Source of the DNA: Eukaryota sp. GEM-RC1
Taxonomy: Eukaryota
NCBI GenBank assembly: GCA_040285855.1
Contig: JAUFOQ010000016.1
Span: 2,418,001-2,482,000, forward strand
Direction: 5' to 3'
DNA: 64,000 bases
The position numbers were made by a program, and so were the translations under genes. Under the pieces are notes generated by a model, which did not search any database, was not told the origin of the DNA, and saw only the letters and a program-made list of their open reading frames with translations. Below, piece after piece: positions 41,107-54,769 of this stretch (the first letter of the stretch is position 1; each line of letters begins with the position of its first letter).

Positions 41107-42342
41107 ATGACCAATTTCTCAAAGATTGGCGTTGATAAATGGCTTTGCTCTACCTTGACTGAAATCGGCTTCAAAATTCCTACCGCAGTACAAGCTGCTT
41201 GTATCCCTCCTGCTTTGTCTGGTAAGGATGTCATGGGAGTTGCTCAAACAGGAAGTGGTAAAACCGGTGCTTTTGCCATTCCCATCCTTAACAAACTTGT
41301 ACAAGATCCATATGGCATTTCCACTGTCGTTCTCACTCCTACTCGAGAACTCGCCATCCAGATTGTTCAACAGTTCGATGCTTTCACTGGTGGTTTCTTT
41401 CCTCTCCGCATTTCTCTAGTAGTAGGAGGTCTCTCAATACAAGATCAGACTACTAAGCTTATGTCTCGTCCTCACGTTGTTGTTGCTACCCCAGGGAGGT
41501 TATCCTGGGTGATAGCTAACAGCCCAGGTATTAAGAACTGTTTTAACAAGACTCAGTTTCTTGTTCTAGATGAAGCTGATCGAATGATCGATTCACAGTT
41601 TGCTGATGATTTAGCTATAATTCTCGATGCCATTCCTCAGAATCGACAAGATTTCTACTTTACAGCCACCAACACTGAAGCTTTAGAAGAGACTAAGAAT
41701 TCAATAGAAGATCTTTTCTACTGGGAACAAGATGAGCGACTTTCCTTACCCAAAGGACTTTCGAACGAATATGTTCTTATTCCAGCGATTACTAAAGAAT
41801 CTTGGCTCATTTGTCTGCTGAATTCCCTTGACTTTTCCACGTGTATAGTGTTTTGTTCTGCGTGCGAAATATCTGAAGTCGTTGCTGGGCTTTTAAATCA
41901 TTTTGAAATGTCGGCAGTTTCTTTACATTCGCAATTACCTCAAAGAAAACGAATGGCGTCACTAGATTCCTTTAGAAATCAAAAAGTAAATGTTTTAGTG
42001 ACAACTGATGTGTCATCAAGAGGTTTAGATATAGACTCGGTTGACTTGGTGATTAATTTTGATGTTCCCAGATTGGCAATTGATTACGTGCACAGGGCAG
42101 GTAGAACAGCTCGGATTGGTCGAGTTGGTCGGTGTTTAACTCTCGTATCCCAGTTTGAGATTGAGTTGCTTAAAGCAGCAGAGAAGTTTATCGGAGAGGA
42201 GTTTAGTCCGTTGAAAGAAGAAAAGGAAGTTGAGGGACGGGCATTGAAGATGTTGGATAAGGTTTCATCTGCGAAAAGAGAAGTTAAGATGAATATGGAA
42301 GAGTATAACTTTGGAGAAAAAAAGGAGAAGGAGGCAAGTTAA
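41107..42342 (+). CDS. DBP8: DEAD-box RNA helicase DBP8/DDX49-like
   Basis: PTAVQAACIP, AQTGSGKT, LVQDPYGI, PTRELA, DEAD, RGLDI and YVHRAGRTAR. Confidence 0.88.
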   Translation: MTNFSKIGVDKWLCSTLTEIGFKIPTAVQAACIPPALSGKDVMGVAQTGSGKTGAFAIPILNKLVQDPYGISTVVLTPTRELAIQIVQQFDAFTGGFFPLRISLVVGGLSIQDQTTKLMSRPHVVVATPGRLSWVIANSPGIKNCFNKTQFLVLDEADRMIDSQFADDLAIILDAIPQNRQDFYFTATNTEALEETKNSIEDLFYWEQDERLSLPKGLSNEYVLIPAITKESWLICLLNSLDFSTCIVFCSACEISEVVAGLLNHFEMSAVSLHSQLPQRKRMASLDSFRNQKVNVLVTTDVSSRGLDIDSVDLVINFDVPRLAIDYVHRAGRTARIGRVGRCLTLVSQFEIELLKAAEKFIGEEFSPLKEEKEVEGRALKMLDKVSSAKREVKMNMEEYNFGEKKEKEAS

Positions 42343-43029
42343 TGGGGACCAATCAAAGAGGAGCAGGTAGGTTAGATTTAGTTTGATTAGTTTATTGATT
42401 ATTGCTACTTTAAGTAGATTGTTTAATTGAGGTTTTGGTTCGGTTTAGTCTGGGAAAAGGCGGTTTGTTGCTGTTTTGAATTTAAGATGTTCATTTTTCT
42501 GTGATTTTTTACTTCTAAAATTATTTACAATTTATTCAATGGATCGACAAGCTTTCGATTGTTGCAAGCACTACTTGTGTTACATTCATATTAGGAATCC
42601 ATAAGGATTTTATGGATTCCATTGACTCAAAGCATTCATATAACGGAAAGGGGAGTTGTTTAGACGAGTCTGTGCTATGTATTTTAACAATATTGATCAA
42701 TTCCATATGTAATTGTTGGATTTTATATAGATGGTATGGCTCATACTGTTGATAACGAGTCTCGTTGGAGGTTATCCTAGTTTTTACTAAAATTAGAGCT
42801 TTTATCATAATCGTTTTTCCACTTGAAGTTGCACCACGTGTCAACGTCGGTTGAAAAGGACAGTAGTTACCCGGTTTAACTTAAGCTATGATACAGGAAG
42901 TCACAAATCTTCTCTCCGTAATAGTCGCCTAAAGAAATAAGACTTAAAGGAATAGACTTGAAAACAGAAAATACCAATCTGTTAGTCCAATAACTTTGGA
43001 CTAGTATTTATAGCAATATATTAAATAAC

Positions 43030-44510
43030 ACGTCCTTTTGGTTTGCATTTGTCTGATGAGGCTTGAAAATTAAATATGCTATTACGTTTAGGTTTGTTCC
43101 CTGCAGAATTGCTGGACAATTCTGAATGTGTTTGCAGTCATCGTCGCATTGCAACTTTTAGACATGTAATTAATTGCCCAAATATATTCAATTTCGTTCA
43201 GTTCTTCTTAATGCTGTCAAAGACGTTACATTTGAAATGTTTAAAGCTCATGATTTCATGCCAAAGTTGAACCTTTATTTAGTTAGTTGCAGGGCTGTTA
43301 AAAAATGATTTAAATAAATTACTGCACTCTGAATAAAGCAAAATCAATAATTGCCGTATTTTAGTACACTAGAATAAATAATTGCCGTATTTGCAATACA
43401 AAAATACATAATGGCAATGATTTAAATAATTTTTATTGTTTCACAACATGATAAAGATGCACTGAACTGTTTTTCAATCACTCACTTGAGCCTTTTCCTG
43501 TGGATTTCGTTGTACATAAGTAGTAATGGGAATATCACCGTTTGCAGCAGCCATTTCAGAGACATAGTTTTTGTTGTGTTTATTGATGTGGGACATAAAG
43601 TTAGCATATCCTTTGTTCTTAAGAATAGACACACTTATATTGGGGCATCTCTGACAAGTTTAAGAGACTTTACCCTCATGAAGATCAGAAGGTTGTTGTT
43701 CAGTTTTCCGGAAGTAAAACAAGATAGTGGAGGAGATATAACTGATTCGGTGATTTTGCTGTTAACTTCACTTTATCCACTAATAAATTTACGGCATGTA
43801 TACTTATGGTAAATCAGTAATTAAACTAATGGTTAAAACAAAATAGACACAGATTAGTACCAATAATTTAAATAATTTGTAGATCAGCAATAAATGATTG
43901 CCGTACTTCAACTAGCAAAATCAATAATTGCCGTATGTTACCTGAGAACAATAAAATATTTTTGCAATAATTTATTGCCGTTATTTAAATGTTTTTATTT
44001 TTTCACAGCCCTGGTTAGTTGGGTCTTGATTTAATTAATAATTCTCGTCGAGGTGACTTACATGGTCCTCCTATTGAGTCTAGTCAAATCATCCTTGATG
44101 TTACAACAGTAGATCCATGTGCTCAAACTTATGTTAATGGCTTGAATTTAAAAGGTTTCAACCACCTTTCAAGCCGAAAAACGTATAATCGATTTGTATT
44201 CCAAAGATGTCGCTAAACGCAATCAAAAATTTGTATTTGTTCCATTTCCTATTTCTATTTTTGGTAGTAATATTGAAATGGCTTCTCAGTTTTTAACTAT
44301 TTTTGGATCTATGTGTAAGTCTCAGAATAAGAGGTTTAACTTATGAATTTGGCATAACCGTTTGATTTCTTCTTTGTTCCGTTCAATGTCCAAGTTTTTT
44401 AAATCAATTATCACAAAGTTGTATAAGAACTGTGGTACTGTTGACCAGGATTTTTCTGTGTCTAGTGCTTCGTAGCTGTTATTATGATATGTATTTTTGT
44501 GCCCTTCAAT
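43030..44510 (+). mobile_element. Decayed RLE-type non-LTR retroelement, interrupted by a hAT element
   Basis: CVCSH...HVINC zinc knuckle and RRGDL...DVTTVDP. Closely matches the reverse complement of ~21670-22400. AATAAA near 44508. Confidence 0.75.
43290..44013 (-). mobile_element. Non-autonomous hAT-type element with BED-finger remnant
   Basis: TIR CAGGGCTGT...ACAGCCCTG, perfect 8-bp TSD GTTAGTTG and ATTGCCGT subterminal repeats. Minus strand encodes CQRC...FMSHINKH. Confidence 0.88.
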
Positions 44511-44691
44511 AAAGTGTGTTGTTTTAAGTAAATTACAGTATGTCTAAAATTTCATTGATCTTCATCTTCATGATTTAGTGCCGAATGAAAAAAAGCTTAA
44601 AAAACACTAATTTACAAAATACACTATACTATACCAAGTGTTAAGGACTGAACTGAACTGGCTTATGATTTGATTGATGAGACGAAAAGAG

Positions 44692-44742
44692 TTGAGCTCA
44701 GGCGGGCTAATTTGTGAAGGGCTGAGCCCATGTGGAACACTA
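44692..44742 (-). mobile_element. Terminal fragment related to the 7331-8205 hAT family
   Basis: Its reverse complement TAGTGTTCCACATGGGCTCAGCCCTTCACAAATTAGCCCGCCTG aligns with 7331-7375. Confidence 0.7.
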
Positions 44743-44803
44743 ATCAGCTGGATAGAAGTCTCTAATGATCAAAGAAATCTGACCTCAACATTTTCCTACT
44801 GAA

Positions 44804-45534
44804 ATGAATCAATCAAGAATTGCTCATTTCCTCTATCAGCTGCCAGTTTGTAGCATCATGACGTTCTCTTTTACTTCAGAATTATCCAGTCCCTCTTTCT
44901 CAAACCCTAGAAGAGGGAAAACTCAGTGACGACCTGAACAAGCTTGTACAAAACCTTGAAACAACAACAGGACAAAAGTTGAGTTCTTCTAAGAACTTTC
45001 TATTCCTTGCAGTCAACCTGAGTACTAGTGCTTCTCCTTGCAGTCACATTGGTGTGTCGTTCTTTGCATCTTCGTCTCACATTGGTTTTCAACATTGGTT
45101 TCAACGATGACGTTGCTCAAAATTTTGCCCAAATGATTGATCCTGTATTTGTATATCAATGTTACTGTCTCTTCATTGAGACATATTCCTCTGTAGTATT
45201 CGGAGTTTCTCATCAGGTCTTGGCCGACATTGTTAAAGAGAAAGGACTCGCTCAATTAGAACAGTTGGACTTAGCACAATTGAAAATGTTGATCAGTTGC
45301 TATCAAAACCTCCTCCAATCTTTGAACCATGTCATTCCTCAAGATCCAAGAGAACAACTATCACTTTATGTACAGAAAGTCTCTGAAAAGCTTCCAACTG
45401 ACCCCATTCATTTGAAAGTTCAAAGTCTTCTCCTCAGTGATATAGAACAACCAGCTATCACGATGGATCCTTCCACAAAAGCCTTTGTTCCTTGTGAACA
45501 TGGGTTTGACGAAGCTGGCTGCATATTCCCCTGA
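44804..45534 (+). pseudogene. Truncated or frameshifted paralogue of the PPDK-like N-terminus of the 60.2-kb gene
   Basis: LETTTGQKL, NIGFNDD, DPVFVYQCY...SSVVFGVS, HVIPQDPREQL and PAITMDPSTKAFVPCEH align with ORFs 60211-61166. It ends shortly before a TIR at 45603. Confidence 0.65.
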
Positions 45535-45602
45535 GAATGATGAAATCTACTGGTAGAATGTTGATTAAACAGTTTAAGATAAACACACTTTAAAGTTTAA
45601 AC

Positions 45603-46545
45603 CAGGCTTGTAAAAAACGTTGCTCCAAAATAAAAAACTTTAAACCATAATACGGAAAACACCGAGCGTGTTTTAAGACGGTGTTGAGTGTGAAAGTGTT
45701 CTAGAGCTCCTCATAAATAAATAAAATTTATATGTATATTTGTTTTTCACACTTTTTCACCAGTGAACGCTAACACGTAACACGGCCTGACAAAAAAATT
45801 TCACGATCATGCAAATAAAACAAAATAGAACAAGTTATAAAAACACGGGGTTTTTGATCAATCAGTGAAATAAATGCATTCATTTGCAGAATTTAATAAC
45901 TAACAGACAAATAAATAAATAAGTAAATATAAATAAATAGTCGAAAAGAAGACTTCATTGATCTATATAGTACATGAGTTAATTTATTGCTCAAGGTTGT
46001 TGATTGACTTGAGACATGATGTATGAAGAACTCAAGCACAGCCAACAATCAAAGTTGCGACATTTTTGCTCAAACTTGGCCACTTCAATGTCGAACTTAA
46101 CCGATGCAGACGAGCCTTTACCTGTGTTCTAAGCCGATCCCACAACTATATTCGGGCATATGATCAGTGAACGATTCTCATGGTCGTTTACGATGCTGAA
46201 TATTGAACTAATGTTGAAGATCCACAGGTGGTGGCGACACCGTCAGAGCAATTATACGAAGCAGAAAGTCAACTATCCTTTTCGACAAGAAAGGGATGAT
46301 CAAATGGATTATGTATTTATTGATAGTGACTGAGATTAGATGTACTACATCTGTACTGTAATAAAATATTTTGTTTTAGTTTGGGTTTTATTTTGTTTTA
46401 ATTATATTTATTTCACATTTATTTTCGGTACTTTTTGATGTTCAAATTATATTAAATTATCTGATGAGAGGGCCTGAAGTGTTCTGAACCTGTTGTATTT
46501 TTAAGGGTGATTTGCGGTGTTTTTCATTGTTGTTTTCGTCAAGCT
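45603..46545. mobile_element. Decayed TIR-element region
   Basis: Left ends nearly identical to the 2003 and 2094 MITEs at 45603 and 45761. The right end is only weakly suggested (TTTTCGTCAAGCT). Confidence 0.4.
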
Positions 46546-47665
46546 ATTGTATGAGAATAGTTGCTATGAAAATGATCATTTCAGGAAATATAATTAGAAA
46601 TACTTTGACCCTTTGAAAATGCTGAAACCTTTAAATATGATGAAAAAATAACCACTCTTAATTCAAAAAGGCACAACAAAATTGTATTCCAATAGTATGC
46701 TATTTCTATGTATGGGAATTTTGGTTCTCATACCAAGGGCTTTTTTGAATAATTTTGAATAATTTTGTCTAGATAAGGGAAGAATTCTACAGATCGTTTT
46801 GGTGGAATAGACTTGCGTTCTCGTTATTCAGGTCGATGTGCTGCTATTTTGACGAGATTTTGGCCAAGTTATATGGGAGATACTATTTAGATTTGGAGAG
46901 CCCTTGTAGTACTTTTTATTTAGTTTGTGTTTTTGTTATTGTTTTAGATAAGGTGTTTGACCATAAAGCCCCCTTTTTTTAGAAATAGTAATTTTTCCAA
47001 ACAACTGTTATTCTGGATCACCTTTTCCCAATGAGTGAAAGTACACAGGGTTATCAGATTCAGAGTAATGCCACATCCATCTTAGAAATAGTTTTGACCA
47101 ATCATTTGACTTCGCACACTGTTGATTAGTCTTTTGATTTGATCCAAACTTCTACTTATTGTTCTGTGATCGCAAACAAAAACCAGAGTGACTACAGTGG
47201 CTTTTTAAGACGAATATAGTACAGAACCGAACAAATCAACCAAAGTTTGTATGACATACTACAATGTAGTAATTCAATCAGTTCAGTTAGTCATTCTATT
47301 TGAACTAACTTAGCTAATAATTCACACTTTTTATGAACTGAACTATTAAATACCATAACTCCTGTTTGAACTACAATATTTCATGTAACTATAGTAATTT
47401 GATTGTTCTCCCTCAAGCTAGTGATTGATTTCAATTTGTGTTGATGTCTTCTTTCGATTGAATACTAGTAATTCAACACGAATCGCTCATATACTTGAAC
47501 AATGACTTCAGTATCAGCGTTTCCTATTTAACAGTATCTTTATCAGTATTCTTCAAATTTTAAATTTCCACATCAAGATCTTCACAATTCTTAGTTGAAT
47601 TCAAGGTGAGAGTAAGAGACAAAATGTTAAAAAATTAAAAAAGTTATAGGAAGGAAACTCGTTCA

Positions 47666-49309
47666 TTAAAAAACCTCCGAAACTCCTAATACTTTAATTT
47701 TGCTGTTGACTTTTAACACCTCTGACAATGCACTAATTCCTTCATCTGAAATAGAATTTCCACCCAGATGAATACCTTTCAATGTAGTATTAATTTTCAA
47801 AGCATCTGCCAACACTCTAGCACCTTTGTTTCCAATGATATTTCCCCTTAAATTAATACTTGTAAGTCTGGTATTAACTTTCAAAGCATCTGCCAATTCT
47901 ACAGCACCTTCATCTGAAAGGCAATTTCCAGTCAAATTTAGACTCGTCACTGTATCATTGACTTTTAAAACCTCCGCTAATGCTCTAGCTCCTTCAGCTT
48001 GGATATAGTTGTCTGACAGATCAATAAATGTCAGACTGTCATTAAATTTTAATGCTTCTGACAAAGCCCTTGCTCCTTCAGCTTTAATAGAATTTCCACT
48101 CAAACCAATACTCGTCACTGTATTATTGACTTTCAAAGCCTGCGCCAATGGTCTGGCTCCTTCAGCTTGGATAAAGTTGTCTGACAGATTAATAAAGGTG
48201 ATGGTGTCATTAAATTTGAATGCATCTGACAATGCTTCAACACTTTCATCTCCAATAGAGTTTGCTCCCAAGTTTAGACTGGTTAGGGTAATATTAACTT
48301 TCAACGCATCTGCCAATGCTCTAGCACTTTCAGATCCAAAAGAGTTGCTGTGCAAATCAATGTGCGTTAGAGTAGTATTAACTTTTAACGCATCTGCCAG
48401 ACATCTAGCACCTTCATCTCTAATTGTATTTCCACCCAAATTCAAACTGGTCAAAGTAGTATTAACTTTTAACGCATCTGCTAAAGCTCTAGCACCTTCA
48501 GCTCCAATGGAGTTTCCACCTAGATGTATACTTGAAATAGTAGTATTAACTTTCAACGCATCTGCTAAAGCTCTCGTACCTTCGTCGCCAATAGAGTTGT
48601 ACCAAAGAGTAACAACAGAAACTAAATTATTTACTTTTAATGCATCTGCCAAAGCCCTTGCTCCATCAGCTCTAATAAAGGGTTTCATATAAATACTTGT
48701 AACTGTAGTAATGTTATTTAACATATTAAAAAATGACATTGAAATGGAAGAATCAACATTCACATCAATTTTTTTTAAGACGTGGAAAGAACAAAGAAGA
48801 CTTGTTCAGAAACTCCAAGTCATTGTGATCCCCTAATGTCAATTCCAGTCCTGAAATTACATTAGAATACTGGTGAAATTCTTCAACTTTAAAGGTCCCG
48901 TCAATGTACAAGAAAACAGACTCTATCTTTGCTCCAAAGAAAGAAGCTAATGAACAGAGTTGAGGAAGATCTTTAGGAAAAACAGGAAACATGTTTGTTT
49001 CAAAACACTCTTTACTGCTAGAAGAGCAGATTCCAAGAAATATTGGCTCAGTAACCCTACTTTATTAAAGAACTTAGGTAGATCTCGTTTCAACCTAAGA
49101 AAAGCCCGCCGAGGTTCAGCATGAGTTACTTCAAGAGAAGATTTACAAACACGTTTCAGTAAGTGAATATGAATGAGAATCAACAAGGACTGTTGAAATC
49201 GTAGGCTCCGAGAAGGCTTGTTTTTTCCTTGGAGCGAAGAAGTCAAAGGGAGAAGTTCATGTAGATCAAAACTAGGTTTAGAAGAGGATGAACTAGCATT
49301 CAAAGACAC
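47666..49309 (-). CDS. RI-like/NLRC3-type LRR protein (28-aa repeats); two frame breaks, start uncertain
   Basis: About 11-12 repeats of NSIGxEGARALADALKVNTTLTSLNL. The upstream ORFs 48765-48992 and 48947-49309 abut it. Confidence 0.85.
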
Positions 49310-49550
49310 ATCAGAGGGAGGTCGATATTCTCCGTGTTGTGTACGTATAGTGGAAGCATTGGATTGTGTGTAATTACTGGAACAAAAGGACGATCACCAT
49401 GTTGGACGGAAGATACAATAGGAGGATTTTTTTGAGAAATGGGGTTCATTAAGAGCAGACTACAACAAGTTGTAGTAAGTTGTATGTAGTACGTAGGATT
49501 GAGCTAGTGAGGGCCATTCGAATTTTTTCGAAACTGCTGTCTGTCCTTTA

Positions 49551-52107
49551 ATGACAGTTAAACCCTCTGATGGGATCACCAGTCCTTCAATGAGTCTGTG
49601 TGAGTTTTGCGAAGTTGATGGTCCCAAAGTTATCGAGTATTTCTCTTCAGACTTCACCACCAAACCTGTTGGTATCGATAACTTTGCTATCAGCGTACTC
49701 TCAGTTGATCTCACGCAACGTAAGGAAATTACGTCACTGGAAGATCTTCTCGCAAATGACCACCACTCTGTTGTTGCTGTTCCTGATCTTAAATGCCATG
49801 CCTTTGTATATAACTTTCACTTGTATGATGTAAATGCCCGAGGAAACGTCCGGCCTTTAGTTCTTTCTCTTTTCCACCCTTCCTCGTCAGTTCTCATGCT
49901 TCATCATCGTGACTTACTTAAACATCTTGTCTTTCTATCCTCATGTTTGCGGTTCGCTTGTTCTATAACTGTTATTTCTGACATTTTACGATCTTGCTTT
50001 GACCTTCTTTATACCCTCACTCTGGAGCTTTTGGAGAAGGATCCTGCAGAGGTTGTTTCAAGTTTGTTCTATAAACATTTGCGTAAAAGGATTCTGTCCA
50101 ACCAGAGTCTCGCCATGCTAAATTTCACTATCGGCAAGGCTCTATACTCGCAGTTCTCGAGGTTTTCTATTCTTAAAGTACCTCTACCAACGATTGATGA
50201 CATTTACACTGCAATCAAATTCATTGACCGACTAGTGTCCCTCAGTGAATCCAGAGTCCCCGTCGTTTCATCCACGGATCCCAACGACTTCTCTGCCTAC
50301 TTCTCCTTCTCCTCGTCGTTCTTCTCTCTCGACAACCCTGAACCAGTCCCCGTGGATGTCCTCATCACGAAACCTCTCTCCACTGGTCTCTCCCCCATCT
50401 CATCTGTCTGCTCTCTCTGCTACCCCTATCTCTTCACCTCCAACAACCAACCACTACTCCTCGGACCTGTCCATCCTGTCCGACTCATGGAACTTCTCAT
50501 GCCCTTTGACTTCGCCTTCCAAGACCTCTCTGACTCAAACTCTCTCGATTACTTCCTCATTGGCAACATTGTCCAATCCCCAGTACCTTCAGCTTCCATA
50601 GACCGATGCCCTCCCATCCCCCCTCCTCCTCGCCTAGAACACTTCTCCAAAGAAGCCATCAGTCCTAGTACGTTGGACGACGGAGTTGTAGATGGTATTA
50701 TATCAGCTGATAACTGCTCGGACTTATCCAACGATACCTTTCACTCTTGCTCCTCTCCTATTGATTCTCCTTATGATTCTCACACGTTCTTGACTATACC
50801 ACGGATCAATTCAGATTTTAGTATATCTCATTACAAAACCCCGCCAGATTCTCAGAATGGCGAGGTATCGATTGGAAGATGAAGATGAACAAGCTCCATG
50901 CAGTGGGTCAGAAATACCACGTTTACTTGCCTTTTCCGCTGCTGACTTTTCAAGACCAAAGAATCTCTTACTAAAGTCTTGTTATCAGGTCTATCGTAAA
51001 CATCCTCTTTCTGACACGTTTTCATTGGCTAAAGTTTCTTATAAAATAACGGACTCATTACGACCACTGCCTGGACTCTTCGATGCAGGTAAAAAATGTC
51101 GAAAATATTTCCAAAATTTTAAATTATTCGGTCATGCAGTATATTCTCTTTTAATCGGGCGTCCCTTAGTTCTCCTCTCCTCTCGACCTTACCTAGACCT
51201 TGCCTTCGACATCTCCAATGCCCTCCTGATCTTCTCGTACTTCCCACCAAACTCTTCCATCAGATTCTGTCCAGGACATACCCAAGCAAGACTATATCTA
51301 TCATCCAGAGACTTAGCTCCAATCTCTATCGTTCCCCCTTCTTCTGTTGTTCTGCCCCCGTCACGTGATGTTAAAGGTCAGACACGTGATCGATCACAAT
51401 CACTGTCACATTTGATTGAACCTTCTGCAAACGGTCCGGTGTTTATTTCTGATTTTGCTTCAATAATGTATATCGATCGTCTAGCAACATCAGCGAGTCC
51501 AACATTATCGCAAAAACAACCATTAAAACCAAAAGCCAAAGCTCAACCCCAATGGACTGCTGAACTTCCACTATACAGAGGATCTCAATACTTGGTCAAA
51601 AACACACCTAAACACGTTGAGAATAAATTGCCCTGTCTACTGGATTCCTTAAGAGATTCGTCATTTCTTTTCCAATCAGATGCCGCATTTATTACTTTCG
51701 TACATAGTGAGCTTCGACACTTCACTGCAAAAGCCTACACATTCCTGACCCTCTTTAAAGCTACTCTCATCATTCCCCCAATAGTTTCCCCTACAAAGAG
51801 AAGCCAGCCCTCTAGTCCCAAGAGTCCGACTGGCATCAAGGGTTTGTTCAGAAGGAAAAGCTTCATTAAGGAGTTTCGACATGAAGGTATGGAAGGTGTT
51901 GAAGTGTTAACACCTTCTGCAGACGAAATCTCTTTTCATCATTATGCTAATGTCGTTGATGAGATACTATCAGTGCTCAATGTACCTGTGAGTGGAAGTG
52001 ATCGTAATATCTTGTTGAACTTTGCGCTGAGGTTGTCTTTAAACAGTTCGTGTTTGAGACTGGATAAGTTTCTACACGCAGAGTTTTTTACATCAATGCA
52101 TCGATAA
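49551..52107 (+). CDS. SMCR8: SMCR8/folliculin-family longin-DENN protein; frame break at ~50835-50842
   Basis: LCEFCEVDGPK, FAISVLSVD, FHLYDVNARGNVRPL and HAVYSLLIGRPLVL. Confidence 0.72.
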
Positions 52108-52909
52108 TTTTAACAAAATGTTGTGTGTTTTGGGTTGATTGAATCCATTGACTTTTTAATTATTTTAAATAATTGATTTATTGACTAAGATGATGTCATG
52201 CAATTCAACAATACAGTGTACTAATATCAATTTTTTTCAAATTTAATATTTTCCGACAATAGATTCTGTTGAATAGATTTTTCAAACAACGAACACCGTA
52301 CCAAAAACAATGGGTTTTCCAATAATATATATAGCATCCTTTTGGTTTGATTCCAAGCTGGATGAATGAGCAGTGTTTGTGGACAAAGACAGACACCTAT
52401 CGTCGAAATCACGTCATGGAAAAGAACTGGAACAAGTTGCCGTTGCATCATGCATCAGTCAATGAATTCATAAGGGTACAGAAAGAAACAGTCTTGTAAT
52501 AAGACATGACGAATCTTGTTCTCAGACTCTTTACCCTTACCAGTCAGTAGTTGAGGCTACATGGAGTAGATGAGGATCGTAAAGGGATGTATATATCAAA
52601 AATGTTAGAGGTCCACAACTGAAGAGAGAGAACCATTCGTAGGAAATCGGAATGAGCTCTGCAACATTCACATGACTCATGAAATGCTGTGGAAGCGGAC
52701 TTGATGCAAGATCGAATGAAATGTTAATTGTACGGTTCTAGAGACCACAAAAGCATTGTAGAAACAAATAAGAGCCCAGTAGACTCGATATGACGAGCCA
52801 GAAAGCCAATAAAGAGCAAATAGTAGACGGGAAGGAGATTAAGGTCCAAGAACGAGTTGATTCTAAAATCGGTGATTTCGGCAACTTCAGCCGTCATTAT
52901 TTTCTCTAC

Positions 52910-53531
52910 ATGAACATGAACCAAATGCAAAACGGACCATGTGTTATCCAATCCAGACTCCAAGGAAATTGGGTTATGGGTGTTGACAAAGCTCAACGTG
53001 GCGGTAAAGTTGTTGTCCAACAAATGCGCCAGGGCGATCCTTCTCAACAATGGATCGTGTCTCCTGATGGTACCATCAGAAGCGCTGCCTCTAATCATGT
53101 AATTGATGTTGAAGGTGGTAAGATCCAAGATCCTGGTGCTGGACTCTGTCTTTGGGATGCCAAGGACTCTGGGAAAAACTCTAACCAAGTCTTCCAGATC
53201 AACCAAAATGGAATGATCTGTATCCAAGCTAATCCCAACATGGTTATTGATGGTGTGTATTCATTGTTAATTTATCAAAGTTCCTCAAGGTCGCGCAGAG
53301 AATAACAAACCTCTTGCTACTTGGAATGCCAAGAACCCTCCATCTGAAAATCAGACTTGGAGCCTCCAACCAGCTCAAGGTAGTCATCAACAAGGTTACC
53401 AACAACAACCCGGAATGCATCAGCAAGGTGGTATGCAACAAGGTGGTATGCCGCATCAGCAATACCAACAGCAACCCGGAATGCAGCAGCAAGGTGGTAT
53501 GCCGCAGCAGCAATACCAACAATGGCAATAG
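52910..53531 (+). CDS. Ricin-B (beta-trefoil) lectin with Q/G/M-rich tail; intron 53253-53280
   Basis: Three QxW-type repeats (SQQW, NQVF, NQTW after splicing), VIDVEGG and LCLWDAK. Tail QQPGMQQQGGMPQQQYQQWQ*. Confidence 0.82.
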
Positions 53532-54769
53532 ATGTTTCGCTATTTCATAATATTTGTATCTAAAAACACACTGTACATGACTGCTTTTATCTCTTAATTG
53601 ACAATGGTGTTCCGAAATCGATACTGATCAACATCACAATCACATGCGGCGGTCCTCCTATCTTGGATTATAACCTTGAAGCCTCACTAACCCTGGAACA
53701 GGTTCAACGTCATGTGTACCACACAGTATGTGAACAGCAGAAGTTACATATGACACGTGTCATTTCGTACTGCTACGATTAAACACTAACGACGTTACGA
53801 GCTTACATTACGTACGTGAGTGCGCGTTTTGCGGATCATAAAACGCCCCCTAGAGCTAACAATGGGCTTTCGATAAATATTTAGGTCACTTTGGATGTAA
53901 TGTAATGAATTCATTTAACCTATCCAAAACAATGTGTTTTGCACAAGTTTTAGACGTGAAACAGTTCGAAGGATGTACTGTATGTCCACGGAGGGTTGTC
54001 ACTTATGATTCTCTCATAAAAATGATCAATAGTGGTATGATGTTACGATAAAGAAAACCTGTTTAATATTCTCACTACTGTAACACTTACCGTAAATAAT
54101 TTCCGTATTTTTACAGTTACCCTTTTTTTACGGATACCGAGTATGATACCGTACGGAATTTGACGGTAGTGTGCGGTAAATAGTGTACGGAACGCTATTT
54201 GTTATACATCACTGCTTTTCTCAATAAACGTTCCACCGCCTAACAAAAATACACAATAACACTACTTAGTCATTTTTCTGTTAAACCACTGTACTGTTAA
54301 TAAATGCGAAGCAAATAGAGTTCCTATCATGTCTTCCGATTGAAACACACCATTCATGGAAGCTGACATTCTGTCTGACTAACTTTCTTGAATAAACAAA
54401 ACATATCAACGAGCATGAAAAAATTGAGTATTCAAATTTACTTTTTGGGTTGACACAACCACGTAACAAACAACAAACATATAAATGAAGTCTATTAAAA
54501 CACAAACTAATAACTCATTATCTAACTCCAGTACATGCTACAAAGCGATATTTAACTACTGTTTCAATGGGATCGGTTGATCCGCTTCAAATACTTCATA
54601 AACACACTGAAAGAAACACTTTTATTGATCTCCAAGCATTATGAAAATTCTGTTCATCATTGGTGATCAAATCTGGAACACCGAATATATAGATATACTT
54701 TAATATTGTTTATAAACGTAGTACAATAATAAAAACAAAAATTTGACATCATCAAAAACAACAGCAGCC

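Noticed and set aside
48009..48692. 227-aa plus-strand ORF and other antisense ORFs (e.g. 6648-6860, 14499-14774, 20095-20493, 52724-53227)
   Set aside because: Shadows of real genes on the opposite strand, explained by codon bias and repeats.
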